64,000 nucleotides of DNA, from contig CAVVNQ010000006.1 in the NCBI GenBank assembly GCA_963749705.1, positions 96,001 to 160,000 of the forward strand. Direction: 5' to 3'. A program made the translations under genes and the position numbers. This document shows positions 28,480 through 38,193 of this stretch, in pieces. The notes beneath the pieces were generated by a model. It had not been told where the DNA came from. It worked only from the letters and a program-made list of their open reading frames with translations, and made no database searches. How positions within the stretch are numbered: position 1 is the first letter of the stretch; every line of letters starts with the position of its first letter. This DNA is from an uncultured Chloroflexia bacterium. Lineage in GTDB: Bacteria > Chloroflexota > Limnocylindria > Limnocylindrales > CSP1-4.

Positions 28480-29919
28480 CTAGTACAGCGCGGTCTCGGG
28501 ACCGACGCCCTCGAGCCACGCCTTGATATCGCGGAGCAGGGCCGCCCCGCCGGCGCCATCGTTGGCGCGATGGTCGACACCCAGGACCATGTTCATGATC
28601 GGCCGGATCGCGATCGTGTCACCATCGGGCGTGCTCAGCACGACCGCGCGCTTGGTGATCGCCTCCATGGTCACGATCCCGACCTCGGGCACGTTGAGGA
28701 TCGGCATCACGAGGTTGGTGCCGAGGTACCCGGTGTTGTCCACCGTGAACGTCCCGCCGCCGAAGTCGTCGAGGCGCAGCTTGTTCGCCTTGGCGCGACC
28801 GGCCACGTCCGCGATCGCGGCGTTGAGGCCATGGATCGAGAGCTGGTCCGCGTCCCGGATGACCGGCACGATCAGCCCGTCGTCGACCGCCACCGCGACG
28901 CCGATGTTGACGCGTCGCTTGGCGAGCAGCCCCTGGTCGGTCCAGTGGGCATTGAACGTCGGGTTGCGCTTGAGCGCCTCGGCGGCCGCCTTGACGACAA
29001 ACGGGACGTAGCTCAGGGAGAGCCCTTCCTTCTCCTGGTACGTGCGCTTCGTCCGCTCCCGCAGCTGGACCAGCCGCGTCGCATCGACCTCCATCTGGAC
29101 GTATGCGTGCGGCGCCTGGAGCGACCGCGTCATCTGGGCGGCGATCCCCTTGCGCATCTGGGTCAGGGGAACGAGCACCTCGTCCGCGCCGGCCGGGAAG
29201 GCGATCGTCGCCGGAGCCGGTCCGCCGCCGCGAGCTCCCGCCGAGGCTGCCGGTGCCGGGGCGGCGGACGCCGATGTCGCAGAGGTCGCCTGCTGCCGGG
29301 TCTCCGCCGTCGCCGGAGCGGTGCCGGTGCGAACGGCCTCCACGAAGGCGATCACGTCCTCGCGGGTGATCCGGCCGCCGCCACCGGTGCCCGAGATCTG
29401 CGCGGGCTCGAGGTTGTGCTCGCGAAGCAGGCGGCGGACCGCCGGGGTCATCCGGGCGTTCGGATCGCCGGCGGGTTCGGCGGCGGCCACGCTGGGGGCA
29501 GCCGATGCGACCGCGGGCTGTGCGGGAACCGGAGCGGCTGGAGCTGATGTGGGCGCCGCGGTCGGCGAGGACGTCGCCGCGACGGGGCGCTCGTCGGACC
29601 CGGCGGGGCCGTGGGCAACCTCGGGCTCGGCGGCGGCGGCCGGCGCAGCGGCTTCGGCCGGCGCCGCTGCCCTGGCCCCGTCGTCTGCCGTCTCGATCAC
29701 GGCGATCTCGGCGTTGTTGGGGACCGTGTCGCCCTCCTGGGCCAGGATCTCCTTGAGCACACCGGCGAACGGCGATGGAACCTCGGCGTTCACCTTGTCG
29801 GTGATCACCTCGAGCAGCGGCTCATACTTCTCGACGGTGTCGCCCGGCTGCTTGAGCCAGCGGCCGATCGTCCCTTCGGCCACGCTCTCGCCGAGCTGGG
29901 GCATCGTCACCTTGGCCAC
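28480..29919 (-). CDS. bkdB: Dihydrolipoamide acyltransferase (E2) of 2-oxoacid dehydrogenase
   Basis: Lipoyl domain MPQLGESV..TDKV, E3-binding GTG.GGRIT..D and catalytic DHR..DG. Confidence 0.9.
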   Translation of the reverse strand: MAKVTMPQLGESVAEGTIGRWLKQPGDTVEKYEPLLEVITDKVNAEVPSPFAGVLKEILAQEGDTVPNNAEIAVIETADDGARAAAPAEAAAPAAAAEPEVAHGPAGSDERPVAATSSPTAAPTSAPAAPVPAQPAVASAAPSVAAAEPAGDPNARMTPAVRRLLREHNLEPAQISGTGGGGRITREDVIAFVEAVRTGTAPATAETRQQATSATSASAAPAPAASAGARGGGPAPATIAFPAGADEVLVPLTQMRKGIAAQMTRSLQAPHAYVQMEVDATRLVQLRERTKRTYQEKEGLSLSYVPFVVKAAAEALKRNPTFNAHWTDQGLLAKRRVNIGVAVAVDDGLIVPVIRDADQLSIHGLNAAIADVAGRAKANKLRLDDFGGGTFTVDNTGYLGTNLVMPILNVPEVGIVTMEAITKRAVVLSTPDGDTIAIRPIMNMVLGVDHRANDGAGGAALLRDIKAWLEGVGPETALY

Positions 29920-30031
29920 TGGGCAAATCCTCCGATGGGGCGCTGCGGGAGGCGCGGGATCGTCGGGTCCTAGTGTCGCGCATCCGGGGCGTCCATGCCC
30001 AACCCGGCCACGAACGCGGCCACGAACCCGC

Positions 30032-31297
30032 TCACATGACCGGCGACGGCCTGCGGCTCGACGACACCGCATCGTCACGGAGCCAGATTCCGACGGTTGC
30101 GGGCCGCATTGCGTCGCCCACCGTCGCACGGATGTCGCCGACAACGGCGTCGAGGTCGACGGCGTCCCGCTGGCGCGCACCAAACGCCGCGACGGTCATG
30201 GCCGCATCGACCCGGGCTCGGTCGAACCGGCGGTCGACGGCGCCCTGGACCCATCGCCGGATCGGCTGGAAGGCGGCGAATGCCGCGAGCGTGGAAGCTG
30301 CCACTGCCAGCGTGTTGCGCGATGTCATGTCCGCGAGCAGCGCCTGCAGGGCAAGGTTCCCGAGTGCGAACACCCCCAGCAGCGTGACGGTGACGACCAC
30401 GTAGGTGATCGTGCGGCTGATCAGCTGGTCGATGTCGTAGAGCCGATAGCGCAGAATCGCGAGCGTTACGGCGGCCGGGATCAGGGCCAGCGCAAGGGGA
30501 CCCAGGACGGACAGCAGGACGGAGCTCACCCCCACGAACGTGGGCAGGACCGTCACCCCGGACAGCACCATGGCGGCCAGCATCCACTTGAGCTGCTGCC
30601 GTTCGTCCCCGCGACCTCGCCGGAAGCGTACGACGATCGAGACGACGCCCATGATCGCGCCGAGCATCATCACGATGACCGCAAGCGCGGTCCCGGCCGG
30701 GCGGGTCCAGTCCGGGAGGAACGGGATCGCCATCGGGTTGGGCGGGATACCAGGGTCGATCTGCCCGGGCCCCAGGATCGTCGCCGTCGTGGACACGATG
30801 AGCAGGCCCGTGACGACAGCCACCGGACCTCGCCATCCGGGGCCGGGCAGACGCCCGTCGGGGAACAGGATCGGCATGAACGCGAGCAGGAGCACAACGA
30901 ACACGACGAGCCCCGCGATCGCGATCGTGCCCGCGGCACCGGCCAGCGCCGGCATCGTGGTGGCTGCGGAGGCCACGATGCCGAAGCCCACGAATGGGGC
31001 CGCCCCGAAGGGCGGCGCGAGCAGGAACAGCCAGCCGACGGCGTGACCCGGGCGCAGGCGCACGAGCAGCCAGCCCAGCGACGCAAACCACAGCAGCGCC
31101 GGGACGAGCTCGACGACGGAAAGGGGGGTGCCATCGCCGACACCGTTGTCGATCACCGCCGGGAGGTACAGCCATGTGAGGGTGGTGGCAGAGGCGACCG
31201 ACACGAGCCATGCCGCGCTCGCCAGGCGCAGCTCGCGGCCTGACGCCCGCCGGTCGGTGCGGGCGCGTGCGGCATGGGGGTCTGACCGCGCTGTCAC
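30032..31297 (-). CDS. Multi-pass membrane protein resembling the sensor-membrane module of Actinobacteria/Chloroflexota kinases, with no output domain
   Basis: RP...VGWL, FPDGRLP...WR, ERQQLKW, AILRYRLYDID and FQP.RR.VQ..VDRRFDR motifs. Confidence 0.75.
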   Translation of the reverse strand: MTARSDPHAARARTDRRASGRELRLASAAWLVSVASATTLTWLYLPAVIDNGVGDGTPLSVVELVPALLWFASLGWLLVRLRPGHAVGWLFLLAPPFGAAPFVGFGIVASAATTMPALAGAAGTIAIAGLVVFVVLLLAFMPILFPDGRLPGPGWRGPVAVVTGLLIVSTTATILGPGQIDPGIPPNPMAIPFLPDWTRPAGTALAVIVMMLGAIMGVVSIVVRFRRGRGDERQQLKWMLAAMVLSGVTVLPTFVGVSSVLLSVLGPLALALIPAAVTLAILRYRLYDIDQLISRTITYVVVTVTLLGVFALGNLALQALLADMTSRNTLAVAASTLAAFAAFQPIRRWVQGAVDRRFDRARVDAAMTVAAFGARQRDAVDLDAVVGDIRATVGDAMRPATVGIWLRDDAVSSSRRPSPVM

Positions 31298-31355
31298 GAC
31301 CCGATCCTCGCGCGGGTCCGTTCCGGGAGCGTTACGGAGGGCCCCTCTGCGCCCC

Positions 31356-32339
31356 TCAGTAGGCGGCGAGCTTCCGGATCGCATCCGCGATCTTGATCGG
31401 GTTGAGCATGAACCAGTCCTCGAGGACGTGGTTGTAGGGAACGCCGGGCACGTCGGGTCCGGCGATCCGGGACACGGGTCCGTCGAGGTAGTCGAACGCC
31501 TCCTCGGCGACGATCGCGGCGATCTCCGCCCCGTACCCGCCGAACCGGTTGTCCTCGTAGGCGATCAGGCACTTGCCCGTCTTGCGCACGGACATCAGCA
31601 GGGCGTCCCGATCGAGCGGCCGCAGCGTCCGCAGGTCGAGCACCTCGACATCGATCCCGTCGGCCTCGACCCGCTGCGCCGCCTCGAGCGCGTAATGGAC
31701 CATCAGCCCGTACGCGACCACGGTCACCTGGCGGCCCGGCCGGCGGATGAGCGCCCGCCCGAGGGGCACCGTGAACTCGCCGTCGGGAACCTCGCCGCGC
31801 ACGCTGCGGTACATCTTCTTGTGCTCGAAGAACAGCACCGGGTCCTCGTCCCGGATCGCCGACCGCAGCAGGCCCTTGGCATCCGCGGGCGTGGACGGGA
31901 TCACCACCTTGAGCCCGGGGACGTGGGAGAAGAACCCCTCGACCGACTGCGAGTGGTACAGCGCCCCGTGGACCCCGCCGCCGTACGGCGCACGGACGAC
32001 CATCGGCACGCCGAACCCGTTGTTCGAGCGGTAGCGCATCCGGGCGGCCTCGGACACCAGCTGGTTGAACGCTGGGTGGATGAAGTCCGCGAACTGGATC
32101 TCGGCCACCGGGCGCAGCCCGTTCATCGCGGCCCCGATGGAGGCGCCGATGATCATCGATTCGGTCAGCGGGGTATCGATCACCCGGTCGTCGCCGAACT
32201 CGGTCCACAGGCCGTCGGTGGCCAGGAACACCCCGCCCTTCTTGCCCACGTCCTCGCCCAGGACAACGACCGATTCGTCGCGCCGCATCTCCTCGGCCAT
32301 GCCGTCGCGGATCGCCTCGATGAACGTGCGAACGGCCAT
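31356..32339 (-). CDS. bkdAB: 2-oxoacid dehydrogenase E1 beta subunit (branched-chain type)
   Basis: GEDVG..GGVF, DTPL.E, EIQFADF, HSQS.E and FFEHK motifs. Confidence 0.92.
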   Translation of the reverse strand: MAVRTFIEAIRDGMAEEMRRDESVVVLGEDVGKKGGVFLATDGLWTEFGDDRVIDTPLTESMIIGASIGAAMNGLRPVAEIQFADFIHPAFNQLVSEAARMRYRSNNGFGVPMVVRAPYGGGVHGALYHSQSVEGFFSHVPGLKVVIPSTPADAKGLLRSAIRDEDPVLFFEHKKMYRSVRGEVPDGEFTVPLGRALIRRPGRQVTVVAYGLMVHYALEAAQRVEADGIDVEVLDLRTLRPLDRDALLMSVRKTGKCLIAYEDNRFGGYGAEIAAIVAEEAFDYLDGPVSRIAGPDVPGVPYNHVLEDWFMLNPIKIADAIRKLAAY

Positions 32340-33418
32340 CAGCCCGCGCCCTCGGCCGGGGCCACGTGCCACGGCGGCGCCGTCTCGCCCGGCCAGTGCT
32401 CGGCGTAGACCCAGTCGAGCGCGGTCGCGGGGTCGGGATCCGGCTGCGCCTCGGCGTAGTCGGTGGCATCGGTGACCAGCCCCTTGATCTCGGCGGTCAG
32501 CTCGGCCTCGATCGCGTCGGTCAGCACGCCGGCGTCGCGCAGCTGTGCCCGAAAGATGGGCAGCGGATCGTGGGCCTTGCCCTCGGCGAGGTCGTCCTCG
32601 GTCCGATACTTCGTCTGCTGGTCGTCCGACGAATGCGCGGTCAGCCGGGTCACCTTGGCCTCGATCAGGGTCGGACCGCCGCCGCTCCGTGCCCGGTCGA
32701 CCGCATCGCGGCCGGCCGCATAGCAGGCGAGCACGTCGGTGCCGTCGACCACGACCCCGGGGATGCCGTAGCCCGAGGCCCGGCTCGCGACGTCCCTGAC
32801 CGACAGCTCCTTCTCCGCCGGCACGCTGATCGCGTAGCCGTTGTTCTCGACGATGAATACGAACGGCAGGCGATGGATGGCGGCGAAGTTGAGCGCCTCG
32901 TGGACGTCGCCCTGGTTCGAGCTCCCCTCCCCCATGATCGCCACCGCCACCTGGTCGGTTCCGCGGGTCTTGGCGGCCAGGGCGATCCCCACCGCGTGGA
33001 GGATCTGGGTCGCGACGGGCGACGACACCGACACCAGGTGATGCTCCGGGTAGCCGTAGTGGCCGGGCATCTGTCGGCCGCCCGACGAGGGATCGTTCGC
33101 GGTGGCGTACTGGGCCGTCATCATGTCGCGCGGCGACATCCCGAACGTCAGGCAGGTGGCGATCGAGCGATAGAACGGCGCGATCCAGTCGTGATCGCGA
33201 CGGAGCGGCCATGCGAGACCGACCTGGGCGCCCTCGTGGCCCTGTCCGCTGATCACGAACGGGATGCGTCCGGCGCGGTTGAGGATCCACATCCGCTCGT
33301 CGACCGCGCGCGCCAGCGCGACCAGCCGGTACATCGCGACGAGGTCGGCATCGGTCAGCCCGACCGAGGCGGCAAGTGGGCTCGTCGCGGCGTTGTCGCT
33401 GTGGCCGGTGACCGTCAT
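32339..33418 (-). CDS. bkdAA: 2-oxoacid dehydrogenase E1 alpha subunit (branched-chain type)
   Basis: LNRAGRIPFVISGQGHE, GGRQMPGH, GEGSSNQGD..E..NFA, ENN and HSSDD motifs. Confidence 0.92.
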   Translation of the reverse strand: MTVTGHSDNAATSPLAASVGLTDADLVAMYRLVALARAVDERMWILNRAGRIPFVISGQGHEGAQVGLAWPLRRDHDWIAPFYRSIATCLTFGMSPRDMMTAQYATANDPSSGGRQMPGHYGYPEHHLVSVSSPVATQILHAVGIALAAKTRGTDQVAVAIMGEGSSNQGDVHEALNFAAIHRLPFVFIVENNGYAISVPAEKELSVRDVASRASGYGIPGVVVDGTDVLACYAAGRDAVDRARSGGGPTLIEAKVTRLTAHSSDDQQTKYRTEDDLAEGKAHDPLPIFRAQLRDAGVLTDAIEAELTAEIKGLVTDATDYAEAQPDPDPATALDWVYAEHWPGETAPPWHVAPAEGAG

Positions 33419-33530
33419 CCCGTCCTCCGTGCACCTGGCCGGCTCGCTCGACCGCGCCGGCATCTCCGGCGTCGTGCCGGCGCTGCTGGCCGTGCCGACG
33501 TCGCCGGTCCAGCCGGCGCCGTATCGCCGG

Positions 33531-34973
33531 CTAGAAGTTGATCGACCGTCCGTCGACCGCCATCGCGGTCTCCCCGAGGATCTCCGAGTATGTCGGATGG
33601 GCGTGCGTGGCGGCGCCGATCTCCCATGGCGCCGCCTCGAAGGTCAGCGCCAGGGACGCCTCCGCGATGAGGTCCGTCGCATGCGGCCCGATGATGTGGA
33701 TGCCCAGCGTCTCATCCGTATCGCGGTTGGCGATGATCTTCGCAAACCCCTCGTACTCACCGCCGATGATCGCCTTGCCGACCGCCTGGAACGGCACCTT
33801 CGCGGTCTTGACCGGCAGCCCGCGCTCCTCGCACTGCTGCTCGGTGAGGCCCACCGACGCGATCTCGGGCCGGCTGTACGTCGCGCGAGGCTGCTTGACG
33901 TAGTCCATGGGGTGGACGTCCGGGTCGCCGGCGATCGTGTGGGCAGCGATCATCCCCTCGTGCGCCGCGGTGTGCGCGAGCATCAGGCCGCCAACGATGT
34001 CGCCGATGGCGTACAGGTGCGGCTCGCGGGTGCGCATGTGGCCGTCGACCTTGACGATGCCCCGATCGACCTCCGCGCTCGTGGTGTCCAGCCCCACGTC
34101 CTCGACGTTGGTGGCCCGGCCCGCGGCGACCAGAAGCATCTCGGCCTCGAGCTCGGTGGCCTCCTTGCCATCGGGGCCGACGGTGATCCGGACGCCGTCC
34201 TTGCCCGCCTTGACCGACTTCGCATCGAACCGGGCGCTGGTGATCACCTTGATCCCACGCCGGTTGAACGTGCGCTCCAGCTCCTTCGAGACCTCGCGAT
34301 CCTCGAGTGGGACGATCGCGGGCAGGTACTCGAGCAGGGTGACCGACGCGCCGAGGTCGTGGTACATCGATGCGAACTCGACGCCCACCGCGCCGGCGCC
34401 GATGATGACGATGCTGGCCGGCATCGAGTCCATGCGCAGCACGTCGTCCGAGGTCACGATCCGCTTCCCGTCGGGGGTGATCCCGGGCAGCGACTTGACC
34501 CGGGACCCGGTGGCCAGGATCACGTCGGTCGCGTTGAGGATCCGCTCTCCCCCGGCGCCCGGCGCGCCGTCCTCGGCAGGCTGCATGACCCTGACCCGGG
34601 TCGCACCGTCGAGCCGGCCGCGGCCCTGGACCCAGGTGACGCCGTACTTCTTGACCAGCGTCTGGACGCCCTTCCACATGCGGGTCACGACCTGGTCCCG
34701 GCGCTTGGCGATCTGTGCGTAGTCCACGCTCGTCTCGCCGCCCAGCACCAGGCCGAAGTCGGCCGCGTGGCGCAGCCGCTCGTTGAACGCGGCCAATTCG
34801 AGCAGCGCCTTGGTCGGGATGCAACCGCGGTGGAGGCAGGTGCCGCCGAGCTTGTCCTCGTCCACGAGGGCCACCTTGAGCCCGAGCTGCGCGGCGCGGA
34901 ACGCCGCGGCGTACCCGCCGGTTCCCGCGCCCAGGACGACGAGGTCGAAGTCATTCGAGGAGCCGACGGCCAT
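33531..34973 (-). CDS. lpdA: Dihydrolipoyl dehydrogenase (E3)
   Basis: GAGTGG, GGTCLHRGCIPTK, GAGAVG.E and HAHPT.SE motifs. Confidence 0.96.
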   Translation of the reverse strand: MAVGSSNDFDLVVLGAGTGGYAAAFRAAQLGLKVALVDEDKLGGTCLHRGCIPTKALLELAAFNERLRHAADFGLVLGGETSVDYAQIAKRRDQVVTRMWKGVQTLVKKYGVTWVQGRGRLDGATRVRVMQPAEDGAPGAGGERILNATDVILATGSRVKSLPGITPDGKRIVTSDDVLRMDSMPASIVIIGAGAVGVEFASMYHDLGASVTLLEYLPAIVPLEDREVSKELERTFNRRGIKVITSARFDAKSVKAGKDGVRITVGPDGKEATELEAEMLLVAAGRATNVEDVGLDTTSAEVDRGIVKVDGHMRTREPHLYAIGDIVGGLMLAHTAAHEGMIAAHTIAGDPDVHPMDYVKQPRATYSRPEIASVGLTEQQCEERGLPVKTAKVPFQAVGKAIIGGEYEGFAKIIANRDTDETLGIHIIGPHATDLIAEASLALTFEAAPWEIGAATHAHPTYSEILGETAMAVDGRSINF

Positions 34974-35301
34974 CGGTCAGGGATTCTCCGCTGCGGTCAG
35001 CGCCTGGCCGGCGAGCGGCGGTCGCGGCCTTGGCTGGCGTGAAGGGACATCGCGGTCGATCGTACTACGGGCGTCCGCCGATGTCGGACCGGGGCGCGGC
35101 GGGTTGCAGCGACGCGGACGGCGAACCCGTGGGCGCGGCACACGGCCCGGGACATCGTTCGACACCGGATCGGCGGACTCACCCCGGTTCGACCCCGGGT
35201 CGGCGACATCGGAGCATCGTTCGAGCCGCAGCCCGCGACCCGGTGCTAGATTCCGCCCCTGCGGCGGGGACCGGTCCCGCCGCCACCGGAGGTGCTGGAC
35301 G

Positions 35302-35940
35302 GTGAGCGCGGGCGAGCTCCTGGTCGCGATCCTGCTCGCTGTGCTGTCCTACGTCGGCGGCTCCGTCCCGTTCGGGGTCGTCGTCGCGAAGCTCACCGGG
35401 GCCACCGACCCGCGGACACTGGGCAGCGGCCGCACCGGGGGCACCAACGCCCTGCGCGCGATGGGCCGGCGACGGGCGCTGGTCGTGGTCACCGGAGACG
35501 TGCTCAAGGGCGTGCTGCCCGTCCTGGCCGCCCGCTTCCTGACCGGCAATGCCGGCGTCGAGGTCCTGTGCGCGATCGCCGCCATCCTGGGCTCCACCCG
35601 GTCGATGTTCGTGGGCTTCCGTGGCGGACGCGGCGTGGGCACGAGCGTGGGCACGATGCTGGTGATCTTCCCGCCCGCGATCCTCGTCGGGGCGCCCGTG
35701 TTCGTGGTCGTGATCCTGGTGACCCGCTACGTGTCGCTGGGTTCGCTGATGTCGACCGCCGCCGGGGCGCTCCTGGTCGGGATCTGGTGGCTCGCCGCAA
35801 ACGGGACGGTCCCGGTGGCCTACCCGGTGTACGCGACGCTCGGGTCAGCGCTGGTCTGGCTGGCGCACGCGGACAACATCGGCCGACTGATCCACGGCAC
35901 CGAGCGTCGCTTCGACCTGGACCTGCTGTCCCGCGACTGA
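35302..35940 (+). CDS. plsY: Glycerol-3-phosphate acyltransferase PlsY
   Basis: Y..GS.PFG, GSG..G.TN..R, D.LKG, F.GG.GV.T, RYVSLGS and H..NI.RL..GTE motifs. Confidence 0.92.
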   Translation: MSAGELLVAILLAVLSYVGGSVPFGVVVAKLTGATDPRTLGSGRTGGTNALRAMGRRRALVVVTGDVLKGVLPVLAARFLTGNAGVEVLCAIAAILGSTRSMFVGFRGGRGVGTSVGTMLVIFPPAILVGAPVFVVVILVTRYVSLGSLMSTAAGALLVGIWWLAANGTVPVAYPVYATLGSALVWLAHADNIGRLIHGTERRFDLDLLSRD

Positions 35941-35954
35941 GGGCAGCGGCCGGA

Positions 35955-36068
35955 TGGCGCCAGGGGCCACGGCGATGGCGAGGGGGACGGGCCGGGCGGG
36001 GTTTCGTGGCGCCAGGGGCCACGGCGATGGCGAGGGGGACGGGCCGGGCGGGGTTTCGTGGCGCCAGG
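35955..36068. repeat. Perfect 52-bp tandem repeat (about 2.2 copies), G-rich
   Basis: Unit TGGCGCCAGGGGCCACGGCGATGGCGAGGGGGACGGGCCGGGCGGGGTTTCG at 35955 and 36007, partial at 36059. Confidence 0.9.
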
Positions 36069-36072
36069 AACG

Positions 36073-36106
36073 AAAAGACCGGGCCGCGGCATCCGCGACC
36101 CGGTCC
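36073..36106 (-). terminator. Intrinsic terminator of the zinc-ribbon gene
   Basis: Minus strand GACCGGGTCGCGG..CCGCGGCCCGGTC hairpin followed by TTTT. Confidence 0.65.
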
Positions 36107-36119
36107 AGACTGTCGAGTG

Positions 36120-36488
36120 TCAGCCGCCGCGCTGCGTCCGGAAGCAGTCCGAGCAGTAGACGGGCTTGCCGTTGGTCGGGCGGAACGGGACGCGGGCCTC
36201 GTTGCCGCAGCTCGAGCACGTTGCGGTGAACATCTCCCGCGGTGCGCTGCTCCGGCCGTAGCCGCCGGCCGAGTAGCCGCCGCCACCGCCATAGCCGCCG
36301 GCGTCATAGCCGCCGGCAGATGCGCCGTAGCCGCCATCGCCCGCGGCACGCGCGGCCTTGCGGCTGGCGCGGCATGACGGACAGCGCCGGGGCTCGGTGA
36401 ACCCCTTCTCGGCGTAGAACTCCTGCTCGCGCTCGGTGAATGCAAACTCCATTCCGCAATCGGAACAGGTCAGGGTCTTGTCGGCCAC
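36120..36488 (-). CDS. Zinc-ribbon / CxxC-x17-CxxC domain protein with Gly-rich linker
   Basis: DKTLTCSDCG.EF.FT..EQEFY.EKGF..P.RC..CR and REMF...C..CG....VPF.P...KPVYC.DCF; GGAGGA RBS. Confidence 0.92.
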   Translation of the reverse strand: MADKTLTCSDCGMEFAFTEREQEFYAEKGFTEPRRCPSCRASRKAARAAGDGGYGASAGGYDAGGYGGGGGYSAGGYGRSSAPREMFTATCSSCGNEARVPFRPTNGKPVYCSDCFRTQRGG

Positions 36489-36676
36489 GTGCCGATGTCC
36501 TCCAGCTGTCGCCGCCTCTTGCCCGGGGTCCTCGAGTGATAGCCGGAGGAAACCAAGTGTCGAACGTGCGATCGGGTTATGTCCGTGCACGGCGATCCGC
36601 GCACGGGCGCAGTGTACGTAGGAACCCGCCCGATGGCGATACCGTATTTTCGGGTCGATCAGAAGGCCCTTCGGCC

Positions 36677-38176
36677 CTAGCCGGCTGCCCAGCCCTTCGA
36701 CCGCTCCACGGCTCGCTGCCAGTCACGAAGCAGCGCGGTCCGCCGCTCCGGGGTCATGGCCGGCTGGAACCGGCGGTCGACCGTGCGGATCGACGCCAGC
36801 TCGTCGAGGCCCGACCACATCCCCGTCGCGAGCCCGGCCAGCGACGCGGCGCCCCAGGCCGTGGTCTCGGTCACGGTCGGGCGCTCCACCGGCACGCCCA
36901 GGAGATCCGCCTGGAACCTGAGCAGCTCATCGTTGCGAGCCGCGCCCCCGTCCACCCGCAGGTCCGCCAGCGGCGCCCCACGGTCGGCCTCCATCGCAAC
37001 GAACACATCGTGGACCTGGTACGCGATCGACTCGATCGTCGCGCGCGCAATCTCGGGCAGCCCGGTGCCGCGGGTCATGCCGATCAGCAACCCGCGGGCG
37101 TGCGGGTCCCAGTGCGGCGCGCCGAGGCCGGTGAACGCCGGCACGAGGTACACGCCACCGGTGTCCTCGACGCCACGAGTCAGCTCCTCGACCTCGCTCG
37201 ACGATCCGATCGCGCGCAGGCCGTCGCGCAGCCACTGGACGGCCGCTCCCGCGATGAACACCGAGCCCTCGAGCGCGTACGCGACCGGACCGCCGTCACC
37301 AAGCTGCCACAGCGCCGTCGACAGCAGGCCGTGCCCGGAGGCAATCGGCATGTCGCCGACGTTCGCGAGCAGGAACGCGCCGGTGCCATAGGTGTTCTTG
37401 GCGTCGCCCGGCGCGAAGCACGCCTGCCCGAACATCGCCGCCTGCTGGTCACCCGCCACGCCGGCGATCGGGATCGGGCGACCCAGGACATCGGCGTCCG
37501 ACTCGGCCCACACCGCCGACGACGGTCGGACCTCGGGCAGCATCGAGCGCGGCACCTCCATCAATGCCAGCAGCTCGTCGTCCCACTCGAGGCTGCGCAG
37601 GTCGAGCAGCAGGGTTCGCGAGGCATTCGATGCATCGGTCGCGTGGACGCGGCCGCCGGTCAGACGCCAGATGAGCCAGGAGTCGACCGTCCCGAACGCC
37701 AGCTCGCCGCGCGCGGCGCGGGCGCGCAGGCCGCCCTCCTCGAGGATGTGCCGGATCTTCGGACCGGAGAAGTAGGCGTCGAGGGGCAGGCCTGTCCGCT
37801 CGCGGATGAACGGCTCGTGGCCGGCCGCCCGGAGCTGCTCGCAGAACGGCGCGGTGATCCGGCTCTGCCACACGATCGCCGGTGCCACGGGACGGCCCGT
37901 CGCACGGTCCCAGACGATCGTGGTCTCGCGCTGGTTGGTGACGCCGATCGCGGCGATGCTCGCGGGCCCACCGACCGCATCGACGACCTCACGGGCGACA
38001 CGAACCTGGCTCGACCAGATGTCCTCCGGGTCGTGGGTGACGTGCCCGGGCGACGGGTAGCCCTGCGGGAACTCGCGCTGCGCGCTGGCGACGGGGACGC
38101 CGTGACGGTCGAAGGCGATCGCGCGCGAGGAGGTCGTGCCCTGGTCGAGCGCGAGCACGAACGGCCCATCGGACAT
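36677..38176 (-). CDS. glpK: Glycerol kinase
   Basis: [37 protein letters not shown] and DGGA motifs; own GGAG RBS. Confidence 0.96.
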   Translation of the reverse strand: MSDGPFVLALDQGTTSSRAIAFDRHGVPVASAQREFPQGYPSPGHVTHDPEDIWSSQVRVAREVVDAVGGPASIAAIGVTNQRETTIVWDRATGRPVAPAIVWQSRITAPFCEQLRAAGHEPFIRERTGLPLDAYFSGPKIRHILEEGGLRARAARGELAFGTVDSWLIWRLTGGRVHATDASNASRTLLLDLRSLEWDDELLALMEVPRSMLPEVRPSSAVWAESDADVLGRPIPIAGVAGDQQAAMFGQACFAPGDAKNTYGTGAFLLANVGDMPIASGHGLLSTALWQLGDGGPVAYALEGSVFIAGAAVQWLRDGLRAIGSSSEVEELTRGVEDTGGVYLVPAFTGLGAPHWDPHARGLLIGMTRGTGLPEIARATIESIAYQVHDVFVAMEADRGAPLADLRVDGGAARNDELLRFQADLLGVPVERPTVTETTAWGAASLAGLATGMWSGLDELASIRTVDRRFQPAMTPERRTALLRDWQRAVERSKGWAAG

Positions 38177-38193
38177 CGGAGCTCCTCCCGGCA

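Noticed and set aside
35152-35230. Degenerate ~30-bp repeats containing GTTCGA (T-loop-like) between lpdA and plsY
   Set aside because: No cloverleaf; too degenerate to call a tRNA fragment or operator.
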